A DNA stretch of 64,000 nucleotides, taken from the IMG/VR virus record IMGVR_UViG_3300028591_006041, positions 1-64,000 of that record; one strand, 5' to 3'. Position 1 is the first letter of the stretch; every line of letters starts with the position of its first letter. The stretch comes from a virus. Lineage: Duplodnaviria; Caudoviricetes. A program made the position numbers and the translations under genes. The notes beneath the pieces are model-generated. The model ran no database searches. It was not told where the DNA came from and worked only from the letters and a program-made list of their open reading frames with translations. This document shows, one piece after another, positions 37,292 to 45,825 of the stretch.

Positions 37292-39195
37292 ACTATCTTA
37301 ATTCTGTTTTGGAGTTCTTCTGAATATTGATGTTTTGTGCTTTGATATAGTCCTTGAAAACATGCATCTAATATATAAGTCACACACCAATCACCATCGT
37401 ATCTTACTCCCCTACCTATGCCTTGTATTATCTCATTGGAAGTATGTGTATTATACCAAAGTGGGAACAATTTGTTTCTTGCATTTACTAATTTGTCCGC
37501 TAATGATGGATAAGGTACTTTAAGAATGATAATGAATCTGCAATTGTCTCCTGGTAAGTCTACTCCCGTATTCAATGTAGGACCTACTAATACTGTATCT
37601 TCTGATAATTGATGAATTTTGACCATTGATACCTTTTCTCTTGATCCATTATATACTAATAAACGTTGCTTTATTTCATAGGGAGCATCATCATACAATC
37701 TTTTGGCAAACTCATAAGAACCTGTCTGAATCATTCCTCGTTGATCTTTGAATTTTGTCTTCAATATAGAATATATTACTGTTTTAAGATGTTTGAATGA
37801 TATTTCTCTTTCTCTCCAAGACATTTTGAATTTATTGAAGAAAAATATTGGAGATTCTGTGAAGTCAAAAGTAGAAGGTATGACTTCCATGAATGACTCA
37901 TCTACTACAGCATTCTCATGATTCCATGCGTCTTTTTTCTCATATTGGAATCCCATTCTTTCATCATATGCCTCTTTAGTTCCTACTGTAGCAGATACCA
38001 TAACTTTATATTGAGCTCTTTGTAAGAAAAAGTACCAAGTAATGAAATCCTCTTTAGTACATTTGAATGCAACAGAAATATGTTTGTCATCATTGGCTAT
38101 AGTAATGTCTTTCAATAGATATTCATTTCCTGTAGTGTTTATAGCATTAACAAAATCATGCCATTGACACATATGATTCTCATACCAAGAAACTAATTTG
38201 AACATCTTGATATCATCTTTAGTAATATTTTCTTTATTGTTTTTCTTTTCAATTATCCTACTTTTTATAAGCTCACATTGAATGCTATAAGATTCTAATA
38301 TTTTAAGATATTTGTCTGCACATTCCATATCTTCATCTTTTCGAGATTCTGGACATGTCCAAATTTTCCAAAATGATACTAATTCTTCTTTCAACTCATT
38401 AAATGACTTATATTTAGCTCTAATTCCTGTAGCCAATTCGTCTTTTACATCTAAGTCATCAAATAAGGTGGGTTGGTATTCTGTACTTCCATTGTAAAGA
38501 TGCTCTAATTTTTCCCAATGATCTTCAACAATTGTAGGAGAGTATTGGAGTTGTACTATTTCAGGTATGTTATGACACTCGTCACAAAACAATACATCAT
38601 GAGGTGCAAAAATAGGACAACCTTTTGAGTCTTGGTTGTAATTTGGATTATTCATTATAAATAGGAATAATTGGTATGTCATAATGCATACCTTAGCCTT
38701 TATAGCTTTCTTTCGTGCTCGTACATAAGGACATGAGTATGCACATTCATAACCATACTTCTCAATAGTTGCAGGATTGAACATAGCTGCCCACGAAAGA
38801 CCCGCCATCTTGCAATCAGCATTCTTCATATCTTCTCCATTAAGCTTACAAACATAGTTTCCAGTTTGTCCCTTAATAGAAGCTATTCCTGTCTTCTTAT
38901 GTTTCTTCAAAAAATTCTCATATTGTTCCCATAGAAAAAGATCAGAACATAATATATAAGATGTCATATCAAAATATTCTGCAAGCACTCCAGCAGATAT
39001 GATATTTATCAATGATTTTCCAGATCCTGTAGGCGCCTCAACAATATAATTTTGATATTTATGATCTAATATGTTCTTAATAATTCTTATAATGCACTCT
39101 AATTGGTATTTTCTAAACTTAAAATCACTTCCTATCTTTACAGACACCCATTCATTTACAATTTCTTCTAAATATTCATTCGTATATTCCATCAT
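37288..39195 (-). CDS. SF2 helicase, DinG/Rad3 family
   Basis: Q motif FRKYQ, APTGSGKS, CDECH, VSAT, LNTGVDLPGD, IQGIGRGVR. Confidence 0.9.
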   Translation of the reverse strand: MMEYTNEYLEEIVNEWVSVKIGSDFKFRKYQLECIIRIIKNILDHKYQNYIVEAPTGSGKSLINIISAGVLAEYFDMTSYILCSDLFLWEQYENFLKKHKKTGIASIKGQTGNYVCKLNGEDMKNADCKMAGLSWAAMFNPATIEKYGYECAYSCPYVRARKKAIKAKVCIMTYQLFLFIMNNPNYNQDSKGCPIFAPHDVLFCDECHNIPEIVQLQYSPTIVEDHWEKLEHLYNGSTEYQPTLFDDLDVKDELATGIRAKYKSFNELKEELVSFWKIWTCPESRKDEDMECADKYLKILESYSIQCELIKSRIIEKKNNKENITKDDIKMFKLVSWYENHMCQWHDFVNAINTTGNEYLLKDITIANDDKHISVAFKCTKEDFITWYFFLQRAQYKVMVSATVGTKEAYDERMGFQYEKKDAWNHENAVVDESFMEVIPSTFDFTESPIFFFNKFKMSWREREISFKHLKTVIYSILKTKFKDQRGMIQTGSYEFAKRLYDDAPYEIKQRLLVYNGSREKVSMVKIHQLSEDTVLVGPTLNTGVDLPGDNCRFIIILKVPYPSLADKLVNARNKLFPLWYNTHTSNEIIQGIGRGVRYDGDWCVTYILDACFQGLYQSTKHQYSEELQNRIKIV

Positions 39196-39279
39196 AATAA
39201 GTTAAATAGTTATTATGTATAAGATAGTAACTAAATGATTAAATTACAACGAAATGATTATTAAAATTAATATGACACA

Positions 39280-39355
39280 AATTACTCGTCTTAAACTCGA
39301 ATCCATTTTTAATATAGTTTATAACTAAGAATATTCGAGTTTAAGACGAGTAATT
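39280..39355. repeat. Perfect 23-bp inverted repeat with a 30-nt loop
   Basis: AATTACTCGTCTTAAACTCGAAT (39280-39302) is the exact reverse complement of 39333-39355. Confidence 0.95.
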
Positions 39356-39375
39356 CTGAAGGTATGTGTGATGAC

Positions 39376-40008
39376 TTATTTCTTTTTCGGAAGAAGATAT
39401 ACTACATCTACCTTCTTATTTCCACTGTCCCAGGAGTCCCAGTACTCTCCATCTTTTACGGTTACCTGATGTCCCCTAACGTGAAGGATGAATGTTCCGT
39501 AAGGATGAGACATTGCGAACTCATTGACAGTGATGCGGTCTTTAGCTTTTACCGTCTTCTTATTGTATTTCTCATCGATGGTGCAGTGGAACTCCTCAGT
39601 AAGAACCTTCTCCGCAACATACTGAATCATGCTTGAATTTTCCTTTGCTACTCGAGAAGCGATATCAAAAGCCTTGTCCCAATCAATATTGAATGCTGCG
39701 CAATAGGAACGAAGAGTACAGTCTCCAATGTTACGTGACTTAGGATTTGGATTGTATTTGTGCCAACGATGATTGCCGTTCATCAACTTTGAATACCACC
39801 AGTTGTTTCCTACTACGAAGGCATTCATCTCATTGAAGTCTTCTCCAAACTTCTTCTCAGGTGTGCCATCTTCGAAATAGATAGTCATTTCTCCTCCTTT
39901 GATGACCAAGGTGGCCTTGTTCTCGAAGTCATAGTTTACAAGAGAGAATGAAGAGTCCTCTGAAAGATCGATTACGTGGTTGATTACGAAAGTTTTCTCT
40001 TTTTCCAT
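39376..40008 (-). CDS. Putative papain-like (C39-type) cysteine peptidase-fold protein
   Basis: YNPNP..RNIGDCTLRS (Cys), GHQVTVKDG (His), DSWDSG. Confidence 0.6.
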   Translation of the reverse strand: MEKEKTFVINHVIDLSEDSSFSLVNYDFENKATLVIKGGEMTIYFEDGTPEKKFGEDFNEMNAFVVGNNWWYSKLMNGNHRWHKYNPNPKSRNIGDCTLRSYCAAFNIDWDKAFDIASRVAKENSSMIQYVAEKVLTEEFHCTIDEKYNKKTVKAKDRITVNEFAMSHPYGTFILHVRGHQVTVKDGEYWDSWDSGNKKVDVVYLLPKKK

Positions 40009-40046
40009 AATTTGAAATATTTTAAAGATTTATCAATTACAAATTT

Positions 40047-40074
40047 AATATAGTAATAATCGAGAAAAATTCAA
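40047..40074 (-). promoter_or_regulatory. Putative early/middle promoter TTGAAT-N16-TATATT
   Basis: Two-box motif, back-to-back with a late-motif variant (TATTTTTAAATA, about 40085). Confidence 0.6.
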
Positions 40075-40116
40075 TAAATTAAGTTATTTTTAAATATAAT
40101 ATGATATGATAAAGAA

Positions 40117-40467
40117 ATGAGAAATTTAAATAATTTTATTATAGAAAGACTTAAACTGAATAAAGATACAAAAATACGACAAAGTTTTAGTGAAGAATAT
40201 TGCATAGTAGTTCCATTTGAACTTAAGTGGTCTGTTTTTTGTCAAAAATATGAACAATGGTCAATTTGTGGCCATGGAGATTTCAACTTTTTCATTATAC
40301 CAATAAAAGATGTTATTGAAAAAACTATTGAACTTAAAAAATATAATGAATCTGTAGAAATCTATAAAATACCTAATAAATATGATAGTTTTGAAGAACT
40401 TAAAACAGATCATAAAAATAAAAAATTTCGTATCCAAGGTGGAAATTTAGAAAATTTAAAAATATGA
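40117..40467 (+). CDS. Leader-family protein 1 (putative capsid-targeted internal protein)
   Basis: MRNLNNFIIERLKLNKDTK. Confidence 0.8.
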   Translation: MRNLNNFIIERLKLNKDTKIRQSFSEEYCIVVPFELKWSVFCQKYEQWSICGHGDFNFFIIPIKDVIEKTIELKKYNESVEIYKIPNKYDSFEELKTDHKNKKFRIQGGNLENLKI

Positions 40468-40775
40468 ATAGAGATGGATATGTTTACTTATTATGTGATG
40501 GTGAGAAATTCAAAATAGGAATGACTCGTCAATCAAAAATAGAAAAAAGGATATTAGAATTGCAGACAGGTAATCCTAATGAGATATGGTTGCATTCTTA
40601 TTATAAGACAAAATATCCTAATAAAATAGAAAAGATGATGCACAGTAGACATGCATCATCTAATGTAAAAAATGAATGGTTTGATATGACAGTTACGGAA
40701 GTATTGAATTTTAAGAATGAATGTGCTAAATGTGAAAAAATATTGGATTCAATACAAGAAAACCCATTCATTTAA
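40464..40775 (+). CDS. GIY-YIG superfamily (T5orf172-like) protein
   Basis: GYVYLL...FKIGMT...RILELQTGNP...IEKMMH...EWF. Confidence 0.85.
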   Translation: MNRDGYVYLLCDGEKFKIGMTRQSKIEKRILELQTGNPNEIWLHSYYKTKYPNKIEKMMHSRHASSNVKNEWFDMTVTEVLNFKNECAKCEKILDSIQENPFI

Positions 40776-40779
40776 TAAC

Positions 40780-41985
40780 TTATTTATTGACAGAATTTAT
40801 TTCCGATATTGAGTTCTTAATGAACTTTTGTTTTCCTATGAAATCTTTTAAAGTAAAACAATTACAATATGACATACAAGACTGTAAATAACTTATCATA
40901 TTTTTTGTCCATCTTTTTAATGTAAATTCAATAGGAAGATATTTTGTAATTCCTTCAGCAGTTTTTGTTTTCTCACCGTTTATTGATTTTTGGCCATCTG
41001 CAGAAGCCATTCCAAAAAACTTTACAGTACATTTTCCTAAGTATTGTTCATTTCTTAGATTACGACATCCATTTTCTGTGTAATAATCTTTGGTTCCTCC
41101 TGGTGGTGTATTTGCTATTATAGTATTTATAGCTTCTTCAGTATAATAACCAAAAACTCCACCATTTTCCATTCTTAAAGATTTGAAATCATTTATATTA
41201 AAAATAGTATGTTTGCCATCATATTTTTCTCCAGCAGACTCTAAACATTGTGCAAACAAACTTCCAATCATTACATAATTAGCACCTAAGCCTAATGCTA
41301 TATTCACATGATTATAATTTCTAATTCCTCCATCTGCGATAATCTTTGGCGCACAAGAATGCTTAAGTTTTATTTTATAGCATTCTTCAATTAATGATGC
41401 TTGTGGGTAATGTGTGCTCACATTAGATGTAGTGATGCAACCGAAACCCCCACCAATGCCTACACGAATATAATCAACAGCAATGTATTTTGATTCAAAA
41501 TTAAAATTACATATCCATTCATATGTAGCTGGATTAGCAATATTTCCTGTCATAATTGTAAGATCATACTTGTAATTATCATAACAGATTATTTTTGCTT
41601 CTTCACAAGCCTCATATAATGATATCATATGACCATTAGCAATATCTACACATATACTATATTGAACATTAAAAAGTCTTTGATGAGCATGCTCAATAAA
41701 TAAATCTTTAAATTCGTTTAATGATAAAGCAACCCAAATGCCTTTATTCATTAATCTTATTCTTCTATCTAAATCAATATTTCTTGGGATGATAGGTGTT
41801 ATTCCATTTTCTATAAAAACTTCATAATTCTTATCTGATACTACAGAAGCCATAGGAGCTGTAAATATTGGAAGTCTTTCATCAACAGTAAAAGGATTAC
41901 ATTGACTTCTTGACTCTACATATGAAATTTTGGCTGGAATAATTGTTAAATCATTATATGCATAACCTTCTTTTTCTAAAATCAT
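40780..41985 (-). CDS. GMP reductase / IMP dehydrogenase family enzyme
   Basis: LPIFTAPM, VDIANGH, GNIA, RVGIGGGFGCITT (catalytic Cys loop), IIADGGIR, VMIGSLFA, FFGMAS, AEG. Confidence 0.88.
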   Translation of the reverse strand: MILEKEGYAYNDLTIIPAKISYVESRSQCNPFTVDERLPIFTAPMASVVSDKNYEVFIENGITPIIPRNIDLDRRIRLMNKGIWVALSLNEFKDLFIEHAHQRLFNVQYSICVDIANGHMISLYEACEEAKIICYDNYKYDLTIMTGNIANPATYEWICNFNFESKYIAVDYIRVGIGGGFGCITTSNVSTHYPQASLIEECYKIKLKHSCAPKIIADGGIRNYNHVNIALGLGANYVMIGSLFAQCLESAGEKYDGKHTIFNINDFKSLRMENGGVFGYYTEEAINTIIANTPPGGTKDYYTENGCRNLRNEQYLGKCTVKFFGMASADGQKSINGEKTKTAEGITKYLPIEFTLKRWTKNMISYLQSCMSYCNCFTLKDFIGKQKFIKNSISEINSVNK

Positions 41986-41990
41986 AATAT

Positions 41991-42003
41991 TATTTTTAAT
42001 AAA
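41991..42003 (+). promoter_or_regulatory. Putative late promoter motif TATTTTTAATAAA
   Basis: Exact motif heading the leader-family cluster at 42031-44757. Confidence 0.65.
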
Positions 42004-42030
42004 ATTATAAATTTAATATAGAAACATTTC

Positions 42031-42492
42031 ATGAAAAATTTAACTCTATTTATTGCAGAGCGGCTTAAATTGGATAAAGATACTAAAATAAAAGAAAATA
42101 ATGATGTATTAAATTCTATATTAGCTCATTTTGAATTTGATGAATTATTAAACGCAAGTTCAACTTATTTACGAAAAGAACCATTTTTAACTAAAGAAGA
42201 AGGTGAAGAAATAAAATCTAAACTTTTAGAATTCATAATAGATAATAATATAGTAGATGTTAAAAAATTGAAATATTGTACTAATAGAGGAAGAAAGTTT
42301 AAAGATAAGAAAATCAATAAAGATTATAAAAAAGATAATGCATATTGGTCGGCCCTCGATCTTAAATTATATAAAGATAAAGATGCTATTGAAATTTATA
42401 AGAAAAATGGATTAACTTTTAAAGTTAGTTCAGAAGTCAAATTGATAGCTATGTATGGGCCTTATGGTGGTGTAAAAATATGTGAATTTTAA
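42031..42492 (+). CDS. Leader-family protein 2
   Basis: MKNLTLFIAERLKLDKDTK. Confidence 0.8.
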   Translation: MKNLTLFIAERLKLDKDTKIKENNDVLNSILAHFEFDELLNASSTYLRKEPFLTKEEGEEIKSKLLEFIIDNNIVDVKKLKYCTNRGRKFKDKKINKDYKKDNAYWSALDLKLYKDKDAIEIYKKNGLTFKVSSEVKLIAMYGPYGGVKICEF

Positions 42493-42494
42493 TA

Positions 42495-42869
42495 ATGAAA
42501 ACATTAAATAATTTTATAGTTGAACGTCTTAAAATCAATAAAGATACTAAAATATTTAAAATTAGTTTAACTGATGGAGAATTACAAAACTTATATGATG
42601 TTTTAGAAGATTTTTATAATTATGCATATAGTGATCTTTTTAACAAACAAAGTGATAGAGATGAAGCTATGAAATGCTGGAAAAATAGAAAACCTTATGG
42701 TTTTTTAGAAGATGCAAAAACATTTGATGAGGACTTTAGAAATATTATTTCATTTATAGTAGAATATGCTGATGATTATAGTTTAATGAAATCTTTAAGA
42801 GATACAGATAAAATAATGACTTGTAAACAAATAGAAGATATAAAAAATTATTTTATAGATTTAATATGA
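42495..42869 (+). CDS. Leader-family protein 3
   Basis: MKTLNNFIVERLKINKDTK. Confidence 0.8.
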   Translation: MKTLNNFIVERLKINKDTKIFKISLTDGELQNLYDVLEDFYNYAYSDLFNKQSDRDEAMKCWKNRKPYGFLEDAKTFDEDFRNIISFIVEYADDYSLMKSLRDTDKIMTCKQIEDIKNYFIDLI

Positions 42870-43186
42870 AGAATTTAAATGATTTTATATTGGAACGTCT
42901 AAAATTAGATAGAAGTACTAAAATTACTAAAACATCAAGTTCATATAATGCAGAAGACTTTCCAGTAAAAACACGAAAGAACAGTGGTGAAAAATTTCAA
43001 TGGTTTCAATGGTGGGAATATGTATTAGATAATGGACCAATAAGTAAATCTGACTTATTGATTAAATTTGGTAAAGAACCAACAAGTTATTCTACAGTAT
43101 TTGCTGATTTATCAAAAAAGAATATTATAGTTCCTCAAAAAAGAAAATTAGTATCAATGCCACCAGAAAAATGGATTATAAAATAA
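42866..43186 (+). CDS. Leader-family protein 4
   Basis: MKNLNDFILERLKLDRSTK. Confidence 0.8.
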   Translation: MKNLNDFILERLKLDRSTKITKTSSSYNAEDFPVKTRKNSGEKFQWFQWWEYVLDNGPISKSDLLIKFGKEPTSYSTVFADLSKKNIIVPQKRKLVSMPPEKWIIK

Positions 43187-43238
43187 AACATAAAATTTTA
43201 TATATAGAGTGTTTACCAAATAAATTAATTTTTATAAT

Positions 43239-43448
43239 TTGATAGTTAAACCAAGATCAGATTGCAATAAGCATATAATCAGGCGTGAACATTATGCCCG
43301 AAAGGATGGCCAATGGAAGCCAAAGAAACAATTTGATTCACAAGAAGAATCAGATCAATGGATAAAAAAATATAAACTTTATGGTTATTCTTCATATGTT
43401 TGTAAAGTATGTGGGAAATGGCATATAGGAATGAAAAAGAAAGAATGA
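43239..43448 (+). CDS. Small protein with YxCxxCxxWH motif
   Basis: KKQFDSQEES...YVCKVCGKWHIG; similar motif in 61206..61622. TTG start uncertain. Confidence 0.6.
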   Translation: MIVKPRSDCNKHIIRREHYARKDGQWKPKKQFDSQEESDQWIKKYKLYGYSSYVCKVCGKWHIGMKKKE

Positions 43449-44296
43449 GAAATTTAAATCAATTTATTATAGAACGACTTAAACTTAATAAAAACTCTAG
43501 AGTTAAAGATATATTAAGACCAAAGGATTTTTTTGAATTTCAAGAAATAATTGGTAATAAGCTTAAAAATTTAGGTGACAATAAAGAATATTTAGATTTA
43601 AAAGATTTAGATATATCTGACTATAAAGGTTCGGGAAAACAAGATGAACGTTTTGATAGGATTTTGAAAAAATTTTTATCTTCATATAATACAAAATATG
43701 ATTATAATATAAAATATATTGATGTTACAGGATGGGATTTGACTCATATAGATTCTGTAGCAGGACTTTTTCATGCACTCCAAGATATTGAAGAAATTAT
43801 AGGTATTGATGATTGGGATATGTCTAATGTAGAACATATTGAATGGATATTTTCCGATTGTGTTAAATTAAAAAATATAGGTAATTTAGGAAAATGGAAA
43901 TTCAATAATTTAAAAAGAGCACAAGGATTTATTTATGGATGTCAACATTTGAAAACTATAGGTGACATATCTAAATGGGATATGTCTAATGTAGATTTTT
44001 TAGCTAATATGTTTGCTCATTGTTATGATTTACAAGATGTTGGCGAAATAGCTAATTGGGATTTATCATCTTGTATATCTTATAGAAGTATATTTTATTA
44101 TACCATTAATTTAAGAAATGTAGGAGATCTTACAAAATGGAATAAATATATAAAATCAAATATTCAAAATATAAAAAACAGATATAATGGATATTTGGAT
44201 GATGGATTTGAAGAAATATTTGATAATTCTGCTGTAGAATATAACTATGAATTAATAATAACTGAAAAAACCGCAAAAATAAAAAAATTAGTATAA
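43445..44296 (+). CDS. Leader-family protein 5 with DUF285-like WDxSNV repeats
   Basis: Start moved to ATG 43445 (MRNLNQFIIERLKLNKNSR); repeats WDLTHI, WDMSNV, WKFNNL, WDMSNV, WDLSSC. Confidence 0.82.
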   Translation: MRNLNQFIIERLKLNKNSRVKDILRPKDFFEFQEIIGNKLKNLGDNKEYLDLKDLDISDYKGSGKQDERFDRILKKFLSSYNTKYDYNIKYIDVTGWDLTHIDSVAGLFHALQDIEEIIGIDDWDMSNVEHIEWIFSDCVKLKNIGNLGKWKFNNLKRAQGFIYGCQHLKTIGDISKWDMSNVDFLANMFAHCYDLQDVGEIANWDLSSCISYRSIFYYTINLRNVGDLTKWNKYIKSNIQNIKNRYNGYLDDGFEEIFDNSAVEYNYELIITEKTAKIKKLV

Positions 44297-44757
44297 TGAG
44301 AAATTTAAATCAGTTTATTGTTGAAAGACTTAAAATTAATAAAGATACTAAAGTCAATCCGTATGAGTTTTCTGATGAAGAATTAATGAAAGATTATAAT
44401 GAAATATCATATGCTTATACTAAAGCAGAAAAAATGCCTATAGCTAAAAAGTATGGTATTACAACAATAAGAATAAAAGATATTCAACAAGCTATTTTAA
44501 TAAAACTTAGAGATAATCGTCATATTAAAAAAGATTTTACAGAAGATGATGTTCGTAATTTTTTCAGATTAGATGTTCCAGAAAGATATAATAGAATGAA
44601 AGAATATTTAGATCAAGAATCAACAGAATTTATAGAATATTTATTAGAACATCTTAAAGAAAAAGCCAAGAAAATACGATATCCATATTTGAGTTATGCA
44701 GATAAAACATTATTGAATAGAATTAAAAATATTGAGAAATATTTAAATGAAAAATAG
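44296..44757 (+). CDS. Leader-family protein 6
   Basis: MRNLNQFIVERLKINKDTK. Confidence 0.8.
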   Translation: MRNLNQFIVERLKINKDTKVNPYEFSDEELMKDYNEISYAYTKAEKMPIAKKYGITTIRIKDIQQAILIKLRDNRHIKKDFTEDDVRNFFRLDVPERYNRMKEYLDQESTEFIEYLLEHLKEKAKKIRYPYLSYADKTLLNRIKNIEKYLNEK

Positions 44758-44765
44758 ATAGTTGA

Positions 44766-45407
44766 TTACCAACTATCTATATTTGTTATATTATATATGA
44801 AATCTTCTACATAAATATCAAAAATCCATCCTAATCCTGTACCAGTTATTTTTATTGTTAATGGTTGTTTATATTCATTATAGATTTCCATAAATCTGTA
44901 AAATTCTATTTTATCAAATTTAGGATAATGAAATTTCTTGTTAGTTATTTCTACTGATGAATTTATGCATTTATCCTTTTCTTCACAATCTAAACATTGT
45001 ACATATTCAAAATTACATCTTGGAAGCATTAGTTCTTCTTGGTTGTAATTTATCTTATAAACTAATTCAAATCCACCTCCAATTGTTCCGAATTTATTCA
45101 TTCCATTTTCTTTTCTAACACATGAGCTATGTTTTTTCTCAAAATTCGATATTTGTTGAAGTTGTAATGAATCAAGTTTGAACAATTTATATGCATACTT
45201 ATCCCAGAAAAATTCAGTTATTCTATCTCTTAATTGATTGATTGTCTTAATATTTATGTAATCATATTTCTCTCCAATATGTCTTGAAAAATTAAGTACT
45301 TCACCATTTTTATCTATTAAATACTCTTGAGCTAAATACTCATAATTATTTATATTACTGAAAAAATTTCCTGCGTTTCTTGTGTTGTCAATAATTATTG
45401 TTTTCAT
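44766..45407 (-). CDS. Hypothetical protein
   Basis: 213-aa ORF with a duplicated GxG-x-F/W-like element (GTIGGGFE, TGLGWIF). Confidence 0.65.
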   Translation of the reverse strand: MKTIIIDNTRNAGNFFSNINNYEYLAQEYLIDKNGEVLNFSRHIGEKYDYINIKTINQLRDRITEFFWDKYAYKLFKLDSLQLQQISNFEKKHSSCVRKENGMNKFGTIGGGFELVYKINYNQEELMLPRCNFEYVQCLDCEEKDKCINSSVEITNKKFHYPKFDKIEFYRFMEIYNEYKQPLTIKITGTGLGWIFDIYVEDFIYNITNIDSW

Positions 45408-45790
45408 AACTTCTTTACATTTTTAGTTTTTTCATCCAATTCATATCCTGCCTTTTTCATTCCTTTAAATAACATTTGTCGTTCTTCATTTGATGATAAA
45501 TGATAGTCTTTTTTATCATAATCATCAACAAACCCCATACTGGCGCTAGAACCATCATTATAATAAATATCTTTTTTACTATCATAATATCCTATATATC
45601 TAACTAATTTACCATAAGGTTGCCTATCTTCAAACTTATCAAATATGAATATCAATAAATGATTTTTATCATTTATATAATACGTTGTTATGATATCACC
45701 CTTTTTAGCATCTTTAATTGAGTATGAAGACAATTTAGAATTTTTATTTAGTTTTAGACGTTCATTTACAAATTCATTGATTTTTTTCAT
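45404..45790 (-). CDS. Leader-family protein 7
   Basis: MKKINEFVNERLKLNKNSK; preceded by the late-motif variant TATTTTTAATTA on the - strand. Confidence 0.78.
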   Translation of the reverse strand: MKKINEFVNERLKLNKNSKLSSYSIKDAKKGDIITTYYINDKNHLLIFIFDKFEDRQPYGKLVRYIGYYDSKKDIYYNDGSSASMGFVDDYDKKDYHLSSNEERQMLFKGMKKAGYELDEKTKNVKKL

Positions 45791-45825
45791 AGATTATTTC
45801 ATTAATTTATAATTAAAAATAATTC

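Noticed and set aside
39364-39636. Short opposite-strand ORFs in the track (e.g. 1925, 4508, 5513, 5784, 5894, 8734, 21872, 27249, 39364, 46286, 54691)
   Set aside because: They lie within well-supported genes on the other strand, have no motifs, and show the F/L/I/S-rich composition typical of antisense frames.
40464-40775. Mobile homing endonuclease or intron
   Set aside because: At 103 aa it is only the T5orf172-like core; it is free-standing, and no interrupted gene or intron structure flanks it.
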